Shown: piece after piece, positions 7,932 through 16,626 of the stretch
How the letters are laid out: each line of letters starts with the position of its first letter
Numbering within the stretch: position 1 is the first letter of the stretch
Source: Bdellovibrionota bacterium
Lineage (GTDB): Bacteria > Bdellovibrionota_C > UBA2361 > JBIKWN01
Direction of reading: 5' to 3'
NCBI GenBank assembly: GCA_044356295.1
Contig: JBIKWN010000033.1
Coordinates: 1-26,180, forward strand
Length of the DNA: 26,180 bases
Notes under the pieces: generated by a model
The model's input: only the letters and a program-made list of their open reading frames with translations
What the model was told of the DNA's origin: nothing
The model's database searches: none
Program-made: the position numbers and the translations under genes

Positions 7932-8957
7932 ATGTCTGCTGTCGTTTCTGATTTATTCAAATCGCTTTTACATACTCAACATCGTTGGTTAGTTACAGGT
8001 GTTGCTGGTTTTATTGGTTCAAATCTTTTAGAAGTTTTGCTGCAACATAATCAGATAGTCATTGGGCTTGATGATTTTGAGACTGGCTTTCAAGCGAATC
8101 TTGAAGATGTCAAAAAAATCGTTGGAAGTGATAATTGGAAAAATTTTACTTTCATAAACGGTACAATTACGGATATCGAAATTTGTAAAAAAGCTGTTAG
8201 TGGTGTTGATTTTGTACTTCATCAAGCAGCGCTAGGTTCTGTTCCTAAGTCGTTTGAAGATCCTGTGCGTTGGAATGCAAATAATATTAGTGGCCATCTG
8301 AATATGCTTTACGCTGCTAAAGAAGCAGCGGTGAAAGGTTTTGTCTATGCATCGTCTAGCTCTGTTTATGGCGATAGTGAAGAGTTGCCAAAGCGAGAAG
8401 CCGTGACAGGTACTCTTTTGTCACCTTATGCCCTTACAAAATGGACTGATGAGCTCTATGGGCAAGTGTTTGCAAGCGGATATGGATTCTCTTCGGTGGG
8501 GCTTCGTTATTTTAACGTATTTGGAAAAAGACAAGATCCAAATGGTGCATATGCAGCAGTGATCCCGAAGTGGATTGATTCTATGGTCAAAGGTGTTTCT
8601 TGTGTGATTAATGGGGATGGCTCAACAACGAGAGACTTTTGTTATATAGCAAATGTTATACAGGCAAATATACGGGCAGCTTTTTATGCTACTTCAATGA
8701 AAAGTGAACATCATGCATTTAATGTTGGTGTTGGTGAGCGAACGACGTTACTTGAACTTCATACGCACCTTGCTTCAGAAGTTTCTAAGCTCACCAATAA
8801 GAATGTTAAGGATGCAACGTTTGCTGATTTTAGAATTGGGGATATTCAACATTCACTTGCAGATATATCTAAGATTCGATCGCATCTTTCCTATGTACCA
8901 ACGCATACGCTTAAGGAAGGTATTGGTGAGACTGCTTCCTGGTATTTAAAAAAATGA
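7932..8957 (+). CDS. UDP-GlcNAc(A) 4-epimerase, WbpP/TviC-like SDR
   Basis: TGVAGFIGS, HQAALGSVP, YASSSSVYG, YALTK (YxxxK) and LRYFNVFGKRQDPNGAYAAVIPKW. Likely start is ATG 7932. Confidence 0.93.
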   Translation: MSAVVSDLFKSLLHTQHRWLVTGVAGFIGSNLLEVLLQHNQIVIGLDDFETGFQANLEDVKKIVGSDNWKNFTFINGTITDIEICKKAVSGVDFVLHQAALGSVPKSFEDPVRWNANNISGHLNMLYAAKEAAVKGFVYASSSSVYGDSEELPKREAVTGTLLSPYALTKWTDELYGQVFASGYGFSSVGLRYFNVFGKRQDPNGAYAAVIPKWIDSMVKGVSCVINGDGSTTRDFCYIANVIQANIRAAFYATSMKSEHHAFNVGVGERTTLLELHTHLASEVSKLTNKNVKDATFADFRIGDIQHSLADISKIRSHLSYVPTHTLKEGIGETASWYLKK

Positions 8958-9047
8958 AAATATTGGAATTAATGCCTCAAGTATTTTTTTAAAGCATCCG
9001 ATCGTTTTTATGACAAACATTCAGCAGATGTCTATACATTTACATAT

Positions 9048-9533
9048 ATGTCACCACAAAACGATCCAACTAAAACCATAGTCAAAGATATTCAGAACCG
9101 TGAATCGATTCTGCTAGCTAATGCTCTCATCGGTGAAAAACAAGAAGAAAAATTAAGAATTAAGAGAGCAACGAGTCTTGAGTCATTAAAGAAACTTTCA
9201 GGAATATTGAATGGACTTGGGGAAAACGAAAGTTTTAACACACTCAAAGAACTAGCAAAATCTGAAAACAGTTGTTACAAATTGCCTGAAACAAATTGGA
9301 GGAGTCAATGGGGTCGAAGGCAATTAGGCATAAACCGAAATGGTATATGTTTGGTTACTGATGTAGAAACAGAAGTTGACATCACACCTTTTCCTAGCCC
9401 ACTTGGATTTTTTAAATTTTTTCACATTCGTGCGATGTTAAAAAATAATCCAAAGCTTTTAGAGGATGGAGTAATCAAAAGAATGGTAGAAGATCGTCTT
9501 TCCGAAATCGTTAACAAACGTTTAGAAAAGTGA
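9048..9533 (+). CDS. Hypothetical protein
   Basis: 161-aa soluble ORF filling the gap between the epimerase and coaE; no motif recognised. Confidence 0.65.
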   Translation: MSPQNDPTKTIVKDIQNRESILLANALIGEKQEEKLRIKRATSLESLKKLSGILNGLGENESFNTLKELAKSENSCYKLPETNWRSQWGRRQLGINRNGICLVTDVETEVDITPFPSPLGFFKFFHIRAMLKNNPKLLEDGVIKRMVEDRLSEIVNKRLEK

Positions 9534-9559
9534 TTTCGATTTTAAGCATTACGAAGTAA

Positions 9560-10219
9560 TTAGTTTTTTTTATTACAATGCTCATTTAAGTTTGCAATAA
9601 ATCTTCGTGCAGCTATTTCTAGTAAATCGATAGCATCCCCATTATTATCAATCACAAAATCAGAATTTTTAATTTTCTCACTAATCGGAATTTGTTTTGA
9701 AAGCCGCGCAATCGCTTCTTCACGCGTAAGACCGTCTCTTTGAATAATTCGTTCGATACATACATCAGGACTGGCTGCGACTGTGATAACTTTTTTAATC
9801 CATGGATGTTGGTAGTTGGTCTCAAAATACAGAGGAATATCATAAAAGATAAATGGAACGGGACTTTTTGATATTATAGTGTCCCACATATCTTGAGCTT
9901 CTTTATTAAATGCATCTCTTATAAGTGGGTGAAGCACTGACTCAAGGGATGCTTTTTTTACAGGATCGTTGAAGATAATTGATCCAAGTTTTTTACGATC
10001 GAGTATTCCATCATTAGAAATGACATCTGAGCCGAATAATTCTTGTATGCCTTTGATTCCCATAGAGCCTGGTTCTACTACCTTTCGAGCTAGGGTGTCT
10101 GCTGAGATAATAAGACAGCCAAGGTCTTTTAGAGCCTTAGCGAATGTCGATTTTCCGGAGCCAATGGTGCCTGTGATTGCTATAACGGCTGGAGTGGTGG
10201 TTTTGATTGAAGAATTCAT
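9560..10219 (-). CDS. coaE: Dephospho-CoA kinase
   Basis: ITGTIGSGKST P-loop, SADTLAR, LDRKKLG..IF, LESVLHPLIR, DIPLYFE, R...RDG and DFVIDNNG. Confidence 0.95.
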   Translation of the reverse strand: MNSSIKTTTPAVIAITGTIGSGKSTFAKALKDLGCLIISADTLARKVVEPGSMGIKGIQELFGSDVISNDGILDRKKLGSIIFNDPVKKASLESVLHPLIRDAFNKEAQDMWDTIISKSPVPFIFYDIPLYFETNYQHPWIKKVITVAASPDVCIERIIQRDGLTREEAIARLSKQIPISEKIKNSDFVIDNNGDAIDLLEIAARRFIANLNEHCNKKN

Positions 10220-10269
10220 AAGTTAGTGCGATTATTACCAGACTTATCATTAAAAGAGGACAGAAGAAA

Positions 10270-10923
10270 ATGGGTTTTAAAATCCGAGCACTTTTCGGTG
10301 CGGACAAAGCAGATGGAAAAGAAAGCGTTGAAGTTATTGAACAAGATATCAAAAACGAGGAGGAATCCGAAGTGGTAGATAACAATGACACTCAAAATGA
10401 TAATGGGGATGAGGAATTACCAGTAACAATGCTCGAGGTTGAAGAGCCTCTGCCTCCTGGTATTACAATTTCATCTGCACCTCAAGAAGAATCGACAAAT
10501 CCTGCAGGGAACAATGAGAGTGCGAGTAATCAGGACGATGAAGATGAAAAACAGCTTCCAAGAAAAAACCAATATAAACCAAGAAACATTGAAGAACTGC
10601 TCATGAAAGCAGTACCGGAAAGAGCAAACAATGCCACACTAAACCTCAGAGCAATACTTTCGAAAACTATTCTTATTGAATTAGTCCCTTCCGGAAAAAA
10701 ATATCTGTTTGATCCAACTAAGGAAACTGGCGTTACGGTAACGGAATCAGGAGTAGTTGAAACTGCTTGTACCTTGCAACTTCATGAAAAAGATTTAATG
10801 AAGATATCTGATGGTAACCTAAATCCTCAGGTACTGATGCTTTCACACAAAGCAAAAGTTTCAGGGGATCCACAGGTTGCAACTCATTTTTTCACACTGA
10901 TAGCCCCGCCAAGTTACTTATAA
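10270..10923 (+). CDS. SCP2 sterol/lipid-binding domain protein with an acidic disordered N-terminus
   Basis: The C-terminus ACTLQLHEKDLMKISDGNLNPQVLMLSHKAKVSGD matches the SCP2 pattern. The first ~95 aa are rich in E/D/N/P. AGAGGA RBS. Confidence 0.75.
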   Translation: MGFKIRALFGADKADGKESVEVIEQDIKNEEESEVVDNNDTQNDNGDEELPVTMLEVEEPLPPGITISSAPQEESTNPAGNNESASNQDDEDEKQLPRKNQYKPRNIEELLMKAVPERANNATLNLRAILSKTILIELVPSGKKYLFDPTKETGVTVTESGVVETACTLQLHEKDLMKISDGNLNPQVLMLSHKAKVSGDPQVATHFFTLIAPPSYL

Positions 10924-10947
10924 TTTAAACAACGACAGTATTTTTTC

Positions 10948-12123
10948 ATGGAACAGCTGCAAGATTATTCATGGCTTTATCAAGATCCAATAGCAGAGAT
11001 TACAGCGCTCAAAAGAAAACTTGTTCTTGAAGGCAAGGACATTCTTGATCTTTCAATGGTAAATCCTGATATCTTGCCTAGTGCCATAGCACTTGATGCT
11101 CTTCACCAGCACACATTGAAAGGCAGTAATCATCGTTATGCTGTAAGTCGCGGAATTCGAAAGCTTCGAGAAGCATTTAGCCAAAAATACTCTTCGGCTT
11201 TTGGGGTCACGCTCGATCCAGAAAAAGAGGTTTGTGTTTGCTCTGGAACAAAAGATGCCTTAATTCACCTTTTGCATGTATTGGTCAATCCTGGCGATAC
11301 TGTTGTTGTTCCTGCTCCGAGCTATCCAATGCATCTTTCTGCAATAAAACTTGCTCGAGCACAGAGTGCTACTTTTGAAATTCTTTCATCTGAAGACAAA
11401 ACACTACAAGCAATCACTGATGTGCTCGACCAAACGAAAGCAAAAATTTTGCTCGTTAATTTTCCAAATAATCCTACTGGACTTTCTGTGTCTGAAAGCT
11501 TTCTAAGAGTATTAGCTCAAGCCACTGTTTCTCGTGGTGTAACAATTATCAATGATTTTGTTTACGGCGAGATGTCTTATGAGGGTATGCCTTCAAGTTT
11601 TCTCTCAATGAGAGGTACCAATCCCAATATTGTTGAAACATATTCACTTTCAAAAGCATATTCAGTGCCAGGATGGCGGGTAGGAGCATTGCTCGGTGAT
11701 GAAGCAGTTGTTCGTTCTGTAGCAAGGTTGAAATCTCACAGTGATTACGGAATCTTCCTTCCGCTCCAGCATGCTGCAGCTCAATTATTAACGGATAAAC
11801 TTGGGCTTTCTCGATCAGCAACTGGTCACTATGAACGAAGAGCTCGAATACTTACTGAAGGATTAACTCAGCTCGGCTGGGATGTTATAAAACCGAGTGC
11901 AGGTGCTTGTGTCTGGGCTTCCATTCCTACTGAGTTTCATGCAACTGGTGCATCACATATGGCACGAATTTTACTTGAGAAATTTCATCTTCATGTTACT
12001 CCTGGGGACTTGTATGGTGAAGGGTTTGAACGATTTATGCGATTTGCATTGGTTGTTTCCGAGGAAAAGATTCACCTTGTTCTTGAAAAATTACAGGAAT
12101 TTCAAACTGGTTTTGGTCATTAA
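10948..12123 (+). CDS. PLP-dependent aminotransferase class I/II (AlaC / LL-DAP aminotransferase-like)
   Basis: HRYAVSRGI, NFPNNPTG, DFVY, SLSKAYSVPGWRVG (PLP lysine), LKSHSDYGIFLPLQ and FMRFAL. Confidence 0.92.
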   Translation: MEQLQDYSWLYQDPIAEITALKRKLVLEGKDILDLSMVNPDILPSAIALDALHQHTLKGSNHRYAVSRGIRKLREAFSQKYSSAFGVTLDPEKEVCVCSGTKDALIHLLHVLVNPGDTVVVPAPSYPMHLSAIKLARAQSATFEILSSEDKTLQAITDVLDQTKAKILLVNFPNNPTGLSVSESFLRVLAQATVSRGVTIINDFVYGEMSYEGMPSSFLSMRGTNPNIVETYSLSKAYSVPGWRVGALLGDEAVVRSVARLKSHSDYGIFLPLQHAAAQLLTDKLGLSRSATGHYERRARILTEGLTQLGWDVIKPSAGACVWASIPTEFHATGASHMARILLEKFHLHVTPGDLYGEGFERFMRFALVVSEEKIHLVLEKLQEFQTGFGH

Positions 12124-12129
12124 GGAATA

Positions 12130-13293
12130 ATGAAAAAGGATTTTTCAAAAAGCATCTTTTCTACGATTGTTTTTGCTTCACTATCTTTTTGTAGTTTTTA
12201 TTCGCACGCTGCTTTTGCAGAAGACTCTAAAAGCGATTGTCTAGCAGCAGCGCAAAAAGTGAAGCAGGGTCTTGCAATAAAAGATGGTTCACTCTCTGAA
12301 ATGAACCTTTACCGAGACGCAGTGACAGCTTGCCCATCGATGGCTGAAGCTCACCACAATCTTGGTATTGTTATGCTGAAGCAAGGTAAAAAAGATGAGG
12401 CTAAGGATTCACTTTCCCGAGCTGTAGAACTTAAAGGAGATGCAAGTTCACGTATTGCTTTAGCATCTTTAGCTGTTGATGCAGGAAAAATTGATCTAGC
12501 TCGAGAGCAGTACAACCGAATTCTTGAAAAAGATCCCTCGAATGTTAAGGCGATGCAAGGACTTGGAATTTTAGCAGATAAAAGCGGAGATCCTGCTAAG
12601 GCACTTGAGCAATTTGAAGCTGCAAGAAAAATAGAAGGTGACAATCCTTCAACGCTTTATAATCTTGGTGTTCTTTATGCAAAATCTGGTCGATCAGAGG
12701 AAGCAATTTCTGTATTGAAACGAGTTCTTGAACTCGCTCCAGAGCGTGCCGATGCTGCCGTTGTTCTTGGATTAGAGCTAATTAAGAATAATCAAAGTGA
12801 TGAGGCTATCAAAATCCTTGAACATGCTTTAAAAGTTGCAACTGATAATTCAGAAGTAGCTCGTGTTCTTGGATATGCATATCAACGATCTGGGGATATG
12901 GAAAAAGCAGAAGTATATTTTCGCAAAGCACTCCAAATTAATCCTAAAGATGATGTTGCCAGAACGAATTTATCAGTTGTTTTAATTGGTAATAAGCAGG
13001 AAGGTCTAGCCGAGTCTGAGCTACAAAAAATAGTTACAAATGACCCTAAAAATTCAAGAGCGTATAGCGTGCTTGGATGGTCACAGATTGAGCTTGGTAA
13101 ATACCGAGAAGCTGAAGTTAACCTCAGAAAAGCTTTAGAAATTGATCCTGCTAACGCAGATGCTAAAAATAATTTAGGGGTCCTTTTTCAAAGACAAGGA
13201 CGTACCCAAACAGCTATTGATGCATATAAAGAAGCGCTGTCACTCAATCCAAAACTAGAATCAGCAAAAAGTAACCTCGAGAAGTTAAAGTAA
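12130..13293 (+). CDS. Secreted tetratricopeptide repeat protein
   Basis: Signal peptide ending AFA|ED; multiple TPR units (AHHNLG, LYNLG, AKNNLG, A..LNP). Confidence 0.9.
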   Translation: MKKDFSKSIFSTIVFASLSFCSFYSHAAFAEDSKSDCLAAAQKVKQGLAIKDGSLSEMNLYRDAVTACPSMAEAHHNLGIVMLKQGKKDEAKDSLSRAVELKGDASSRIALASLAVDAGKIDLAREQYNRILEKDPSNVKAMQGLGILADKSGDPAKALEQFEAARKIEGDNPSTLYNLGVLYAKSGRSEEAISVLKRVLELAPERADAAVVLGLELIKNNQSDEAIKILEHALKVATDNSEVARVLGYAYQRSGDMEKAEVYFRKALQINPKDDVARTNLSVVLIGNKQEGLAESELQKIVTNDPKNSRAYSVLGWSQIELGKYREAEVNLRKALEIDPANADAKNNLGVLFQRQGRTQTAIDAYKEALSLNPKLESAKSNLEKLK

Positions 13294-14472
13294 ATGTCAC
13301 CTGCTATAAATATCTTTCCTATTGGTATCATTGGTGCTGGGACAATGGGGTGCGGTGTGTGCGAGCTTGCAGTGGCGGCAAATCATATTGTATGTATTTT
13401 TGATAATGATATTGAAAATTTATATAAAGCTGAGGGGCACATACAAAAATATTTTCAAGGATTGACTCAAAAAGGAAGAATTACCTCTTCATTTGCTGAA
13501 GAAGCATTATCTAGAGTTCATTATGTTACCGACATTAAGGCGCTTGAAAAAAGTAGACTTGTTCTTGAAGCAATTCCAGAATCGCTTCCTGAAAAACAAA
13601 AAGTGCTGCAAGCAGTTGAAGCAGTCATCTCTGAGAGTTCAATAATTGCATCGAATACCTCGAGCCTATCGATTGCAAGTTTGGGAAGTGTTTTGAAGCA
13701 TCCTGAACGATTTTTAGGGATTCACTTTTTTAACCCTGCTACTGCTATGGCGCTTGTTGAAGTCGTCCCTGGGTTACTGACGATGAGTGGTACTGTTCAA
13801 GTTGCAAAGAATCTTATTGAGTCTTGGGGGAAAATTGCTGTGCTGTCTAAGGATACCCCTGGTTTTATTGTTAATAGAATAGTTCGTCCTTTCTTTAGTG
13901 AGTCGTTAAGAATCCTTGAAGCAGGAGAGAGTGATGTCTCAACAATTGATTGGGCGTTAAAAACAGTTGGACAATTCAAAATGGGTCCATTTGAGTTACT
14001 TGATTTTGTTGGGATCGATACCAATTGGGTTGTCAGTAAATCTATCTTTGAAGGTTTTTTCTTTGAACCTCGATTTCGCCCTAGCTTACTACAATCTCGG
14101 TTAGTTGAAGCGAAGCGACTTGGAAGGAAAACTGGTGCAGGTTTTTACGAATATTCTGAAGGTGTCATCCCGCCTGCAGCAAATGAGAATTCAACTATTG
14201 CCGAAAGAATTTTTAATCGTGTCTTTAGTATGATTGTTAATGAAGCCTCTGATGCTTTGACCTATGGTGTGGGGACAAAAGAAGATATTGATACTGCTGT
14301 TGTAAAAGGTGTCAATTTTCCACAAGGAGTATTTGTTTGGGCGGATTCTTTCGGCATACATAAAGTTGTAGAAATCCTTGATGAGCTTTATGCGGAATTT
14401 GGCGAGCCTCGGTACCGAGTTTGTGGATTACTCAGGAAGATGGTGGCTGAGAATAGGAAGTTTTACTCCTGA
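13294..14472 (+). CDS. 3-hydroxyacyl-CoA (3-hydroxybutyryl-CoA) dehydrogenase with a duplicated C-terminal domain
   Basis: IIGAGTMG, EAIPE, SNTSSL, GIHFFNP, DTPGFIVNR, MGPFELLD and LGRKTGAGFY. A second C-terminal domain includes IVNEA...DIDTAV..GVNFP. Confidence 0.93.
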   Translation: MSPAINIFPIGIIGAGTMGCGVCELAVAANHIVCIFDNDIENLYKAEGHIQKYFQGLTQKGRITSSFAEEALSRVHYVTDIKALEKSRLVLEAIPESLPEKQKVLQAVEAVISESSIIASNTSSLSIASLGSVLKHPERFLGIHFFNPATAMALVEVVPGLLTMSGTVQVAKNLIESWGKIAVLSKDTPGFIVNRIVRPFFSESLRILEAGESDVSTIDWALKTVGQFKMGPFELLDFVGIDTNWVVSKSIFEGFFFEPRFRPSLLQSRLVEAKRLGRKTGAGFYEYSEGVIPPAANENSTIAERIFNRVFSMIVNEASDALTYGVGTKEDIDTAVVKGVNFPQGVFVWADSFGIHKVVEILDELYAEFGEPRYRVCGLLRKMVAENRKFYS

Positions 14473-14501
14473 GACTTCGAAAGCTGGCACTATGTTGTCT
14501 G

Positions 14502-14525
14502 ATTCGCTATGATTTTTCAGCGAAT
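14502..14525 (+). terminator. Possible weak hairpin/terminator between the dehydrogenase and lemA
   Basis: ATTCGCT-(10 nt)-AGCGAAT, followed by a T-rich stretch. Confidence 0.25.
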
Positions 14526-14554
14526 TATTACTCTTTCAATTTGGTAAAATTATT

Positions 14555-15148
14555 ATGAAATTATTGTTTCGAGCACTTATCATTAGTTCATTCTTATTGT
14601 TAAACGGCTGTGGATATAACGATTTCCAACGGTACGATGAAACGATAAAAGAGAGCTGGTCGGAAGTTTTAAACCAATATCAACGACGGGCTGATCTTAT
14701 TCCTAATCTTGTTAAAACTGTTCAAGGATACGCAAGCCACGAGAAAGAAGTATTTGCTCAAGTAACAGAAGCTCGTTCTAAGGCTGGCTCGATTCAGTTA
14801 ACACCTGAGCTTGTAAATGATGAAGCTGCTATGAAAAAGTTTCAGGACTCTCAAGCAATTGTAACTTCATCTTTGTCACGACTTCTTGCAGTAGCTGAAA
14901 ATTATCCTCAATTAAAAGCGGACACTGGTTTCCGTGATCTTCAATCTCAATTAGAAGGTACTGAAAATCGAATTACGGTTGCCCGAAAGCGCTATATTGA
15001 ATCAATCAAAGAATATAATATTCTCGTCAGAAGTTTTCCTAGTAATCTGACTGCTAAATTTTTTAGCTATGCTCCAAAAGCAAATTTTTCAGTTGAGAAT
15101 GAGAAACAGATATCTGCTCCGCCTTCAGTAGATTTTGGTTCGAAGTAA
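14555..15148 (+). CDS. lemA: LemA family protein (lipoprotein)
   Basis: LNGC lipobox, GYN, QYQRRADLIPNLV, ENYPQLKAD, QLEGTENRITVAR and FPSNL. Confidence 0.95.
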   Translation: MKLLFRALIISSFLLLNGCGYNDFQRYDETIKESWSEVLNQYQRRADLIPNLVKTVQGYASHEKEVFAQVTEARSKAGSIQLTPELVNDEAAMKKFQDSQAIVTSSLSRLLAVAENYPQLKADTGFRDLQSQLEGTENRITVARKRYIESIKEYNILVRSFPSNLTAKFFSYAPKANFSVENEKQISAPPSVDFGSK

Positions 15149-15149
15149 T

Positions 15150-15863
15150 TTGAAGAGAATACATTTATTATTTATAGCGTTTCTCTGTTCGTTTGTCGGC
15201 ATATTGCAGGTTTACAGCGATGACCGAGTCGCAATCCCTGCGCTCACTGGGCGAGTTGTTGATCTTGCCCAGCTACTCAGTCCAGAAGCTTCGAATGATT
15301 TAAATCAAAAACTTCAAGCGCTGGAAAAAGAGAAAGGGTCTCAATTTGTTATCCTTACACTACTTACGACAAAGCCTGAAGAGATTGAGCAATTCGGTAT
15401 ACGACTCGCTGAAAGCTGGAAAATTGGTCGTGCTAAAGTTGATGATGGTGTCATTCTTATTGTTGCAAAAGATGACAAACGAGTGCGAATTGAAGTTGGG
15501 TATGGCTTAGAAGGGGTTCTTACTGATGTATACACGAAAAGAATTATTGAAGGGTTTATTGTACCAGAATTTAAAAATGGCAATTTCAGTAAGGGAATAG
15601 TCGATGGTTCGAATGCAATAATCAGTGCGATTAATAATGAAATTTTACCACTTCCGTATTCCAATCCCGAAGAGAACGGAGTTTATTTTATTATTTTTAT
15701 CATCGTTGCTCTTGTAATTTTAGAGTTCTTTTTCCCCGGGATTATTTGGGTGATTGGTGAAGCTGCATTAAACTCAAGTAGTGGGAGCAGCAGTCGTGGA
15801 GGAGGTTCATTCCGAAGTGGTGGTGGCAGTTTTGGTGGTGGAGGGTCTTCTGGATCATGGTAA
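15150..15863 (+). CDS. TPM domain protein (YgcG family)
   Basis: LTGRVVDLA, WKIGRAKVDDGVILIVAKDDKRVRIEVGYGLEG, a TM segment and a Gly-rich GGGSFGGGGSSGSW tail. Likely start is TTG 15150. Confidence 0.92.
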   Translation: MKRIHLLFIAFLCSFVGILQVYSDDRVAIPALTGRVVDLAQLLSPEASNDLNQKLQALEKEKGSQFVILTLLTTKPEEIEQFGIRLAESWKIGRAKVDDGVILIVAKDDKRVRIEVGYGLEGVLTDVYTKRIIEGFIVPEFKNGNFSKGIVDGSNAIISAINNEILPLPYSNPEENGVYFIIFIIVALVILEFFFPGIIWVIGEAALNSSSGSSSRGGGSFRSGGGSFGGGGSSGSW

Positions 15864-16375
15864 GAATTATTCAATCCCTCATATATCCTAATTTTCTGAT
15901 CTATTTCTTTTTCCCGAAAAAAATTCGAAAGATTTTAGCGAAATTAGTTAAAGAATCTGAGATAGGTAATAGAGCAGAGATTCAGATTGTTCTTGAAGTT
16001 TCAATCCCACTTATGAAGCTTCTAAAAAATGAAACATGTCGAAAAAGGGCTGAATATTTTTTCGCAGTAAATAAAACATGGAACACTGAGAATCGAACAG
16101 GGATCCTTATTTATATGAATCTTTCCGAGAAAGTGATTGAAGTTGTGTCGGATAGAGGTGTTCCTACTAACGAAATAGATTTTCAAGCTCTTTTTAAAGA
16201 GGCGAAAAATAGTAACGAATCACTGAGTTTAGGTGTAAGTCGTTGGTATCCATCTTCGACACATTTTTTAGTTAATGTTCTTCTACACTTAGGTAAATTT
16301 CTTTATAAGTCATCGTTAAAACTTAAGGATGGTGAAGAAAATCCAAATGAGCTTTCGGATGAGCTTGGCTTTTGA
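15857..16375 (+). CDS. Second TPM-domain protein of the lemA cassette
   Basis: E....AEIQI, RAEYFF....WNTENRTGILIY, IEVVSDRG and NPNELSD; ATGGTAA overlap with the upstream gene. Confidence 0.82.
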   Translation: MVRIIQSLIYPNFLIYFFFPKKIRKILAKLVKESEIGNRAEIQIVLEVSIPLMKLLKNETCRKRAEYFFAVNKTWNTENRTGILIYMNLSEKVIEVVSDRGVPTNEIDFQALFKEAKNSNESLSLGVSRWYPSSTHFLVNVLLHLGKFLYKSSLKLKDGEENPNELSDELGF

Positions 16376-16382
16376 GTAGAGG

Positions 16383-16611
16383 TTGAAGTTTTATAAAGAA
16401 CTGTGCTTGAAAGCAGAATTTAAGCAGTATTACAATGAATGATTTTTCAAAAATAACCGGGTTGCCAGTGATTTGACCTCAACCGGCTCCACTACAAGAA
16501 GATTTTGGTTCTGATGTTGGGATGATTATTGTTCCTAAAAATTTTAAAGGCCTCGATGAGTGCATTCAAGATTTAGAAACAGTAATTAAAGTATTTGCTA
16601 AACAACTTTAG
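16383..16611 (+). pseudogene. Possible degraded gene remnant or small ORF
   Basis: From ATG 16435 the frame reads MNDFSKITGLPVI*PQPAPLQEDFGSDVGMIIVPKNFKGLDECIQDLETVIKVFAKQL* (TGA at 16474-16476, TAG at 16609-16611). An overlapping upstream frame from TTG 16383 reads LKFYKELCLKAEFKQYYNE*. Confidence 0.25.
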
Positions 16612-16626
16612 GAATCACGTAGGTTA

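Noticed and set aside
8970..8980. TAATGCCTCAA is identical to 1988-1998 at the MITE left junction
   Set aside because: A single 11-mer match with no TIR or further similarity is compatible with chance.
14484..14500. Sigma54-like CTGGCACTATGTTGTCT upstream of lemA
   Set aside because: It has TGGCAC but lacks the -12 GC at the required spacing.
15780..15860. GGT/GGA-rich repeats here and GGT-type repeats at 160-200
   Set aside because: They are explained by Gly-rich protein segments (the TPM tail and the lipoprotein tether).
16474..16476. TGA recoding (selenocysteine or alternative genetic code)
   Set aside because: Conserved genes here end normally at TGA (e.g. 8957, 14472, 16375), and I see no convincing SECIS-like hairpin or redox motif.
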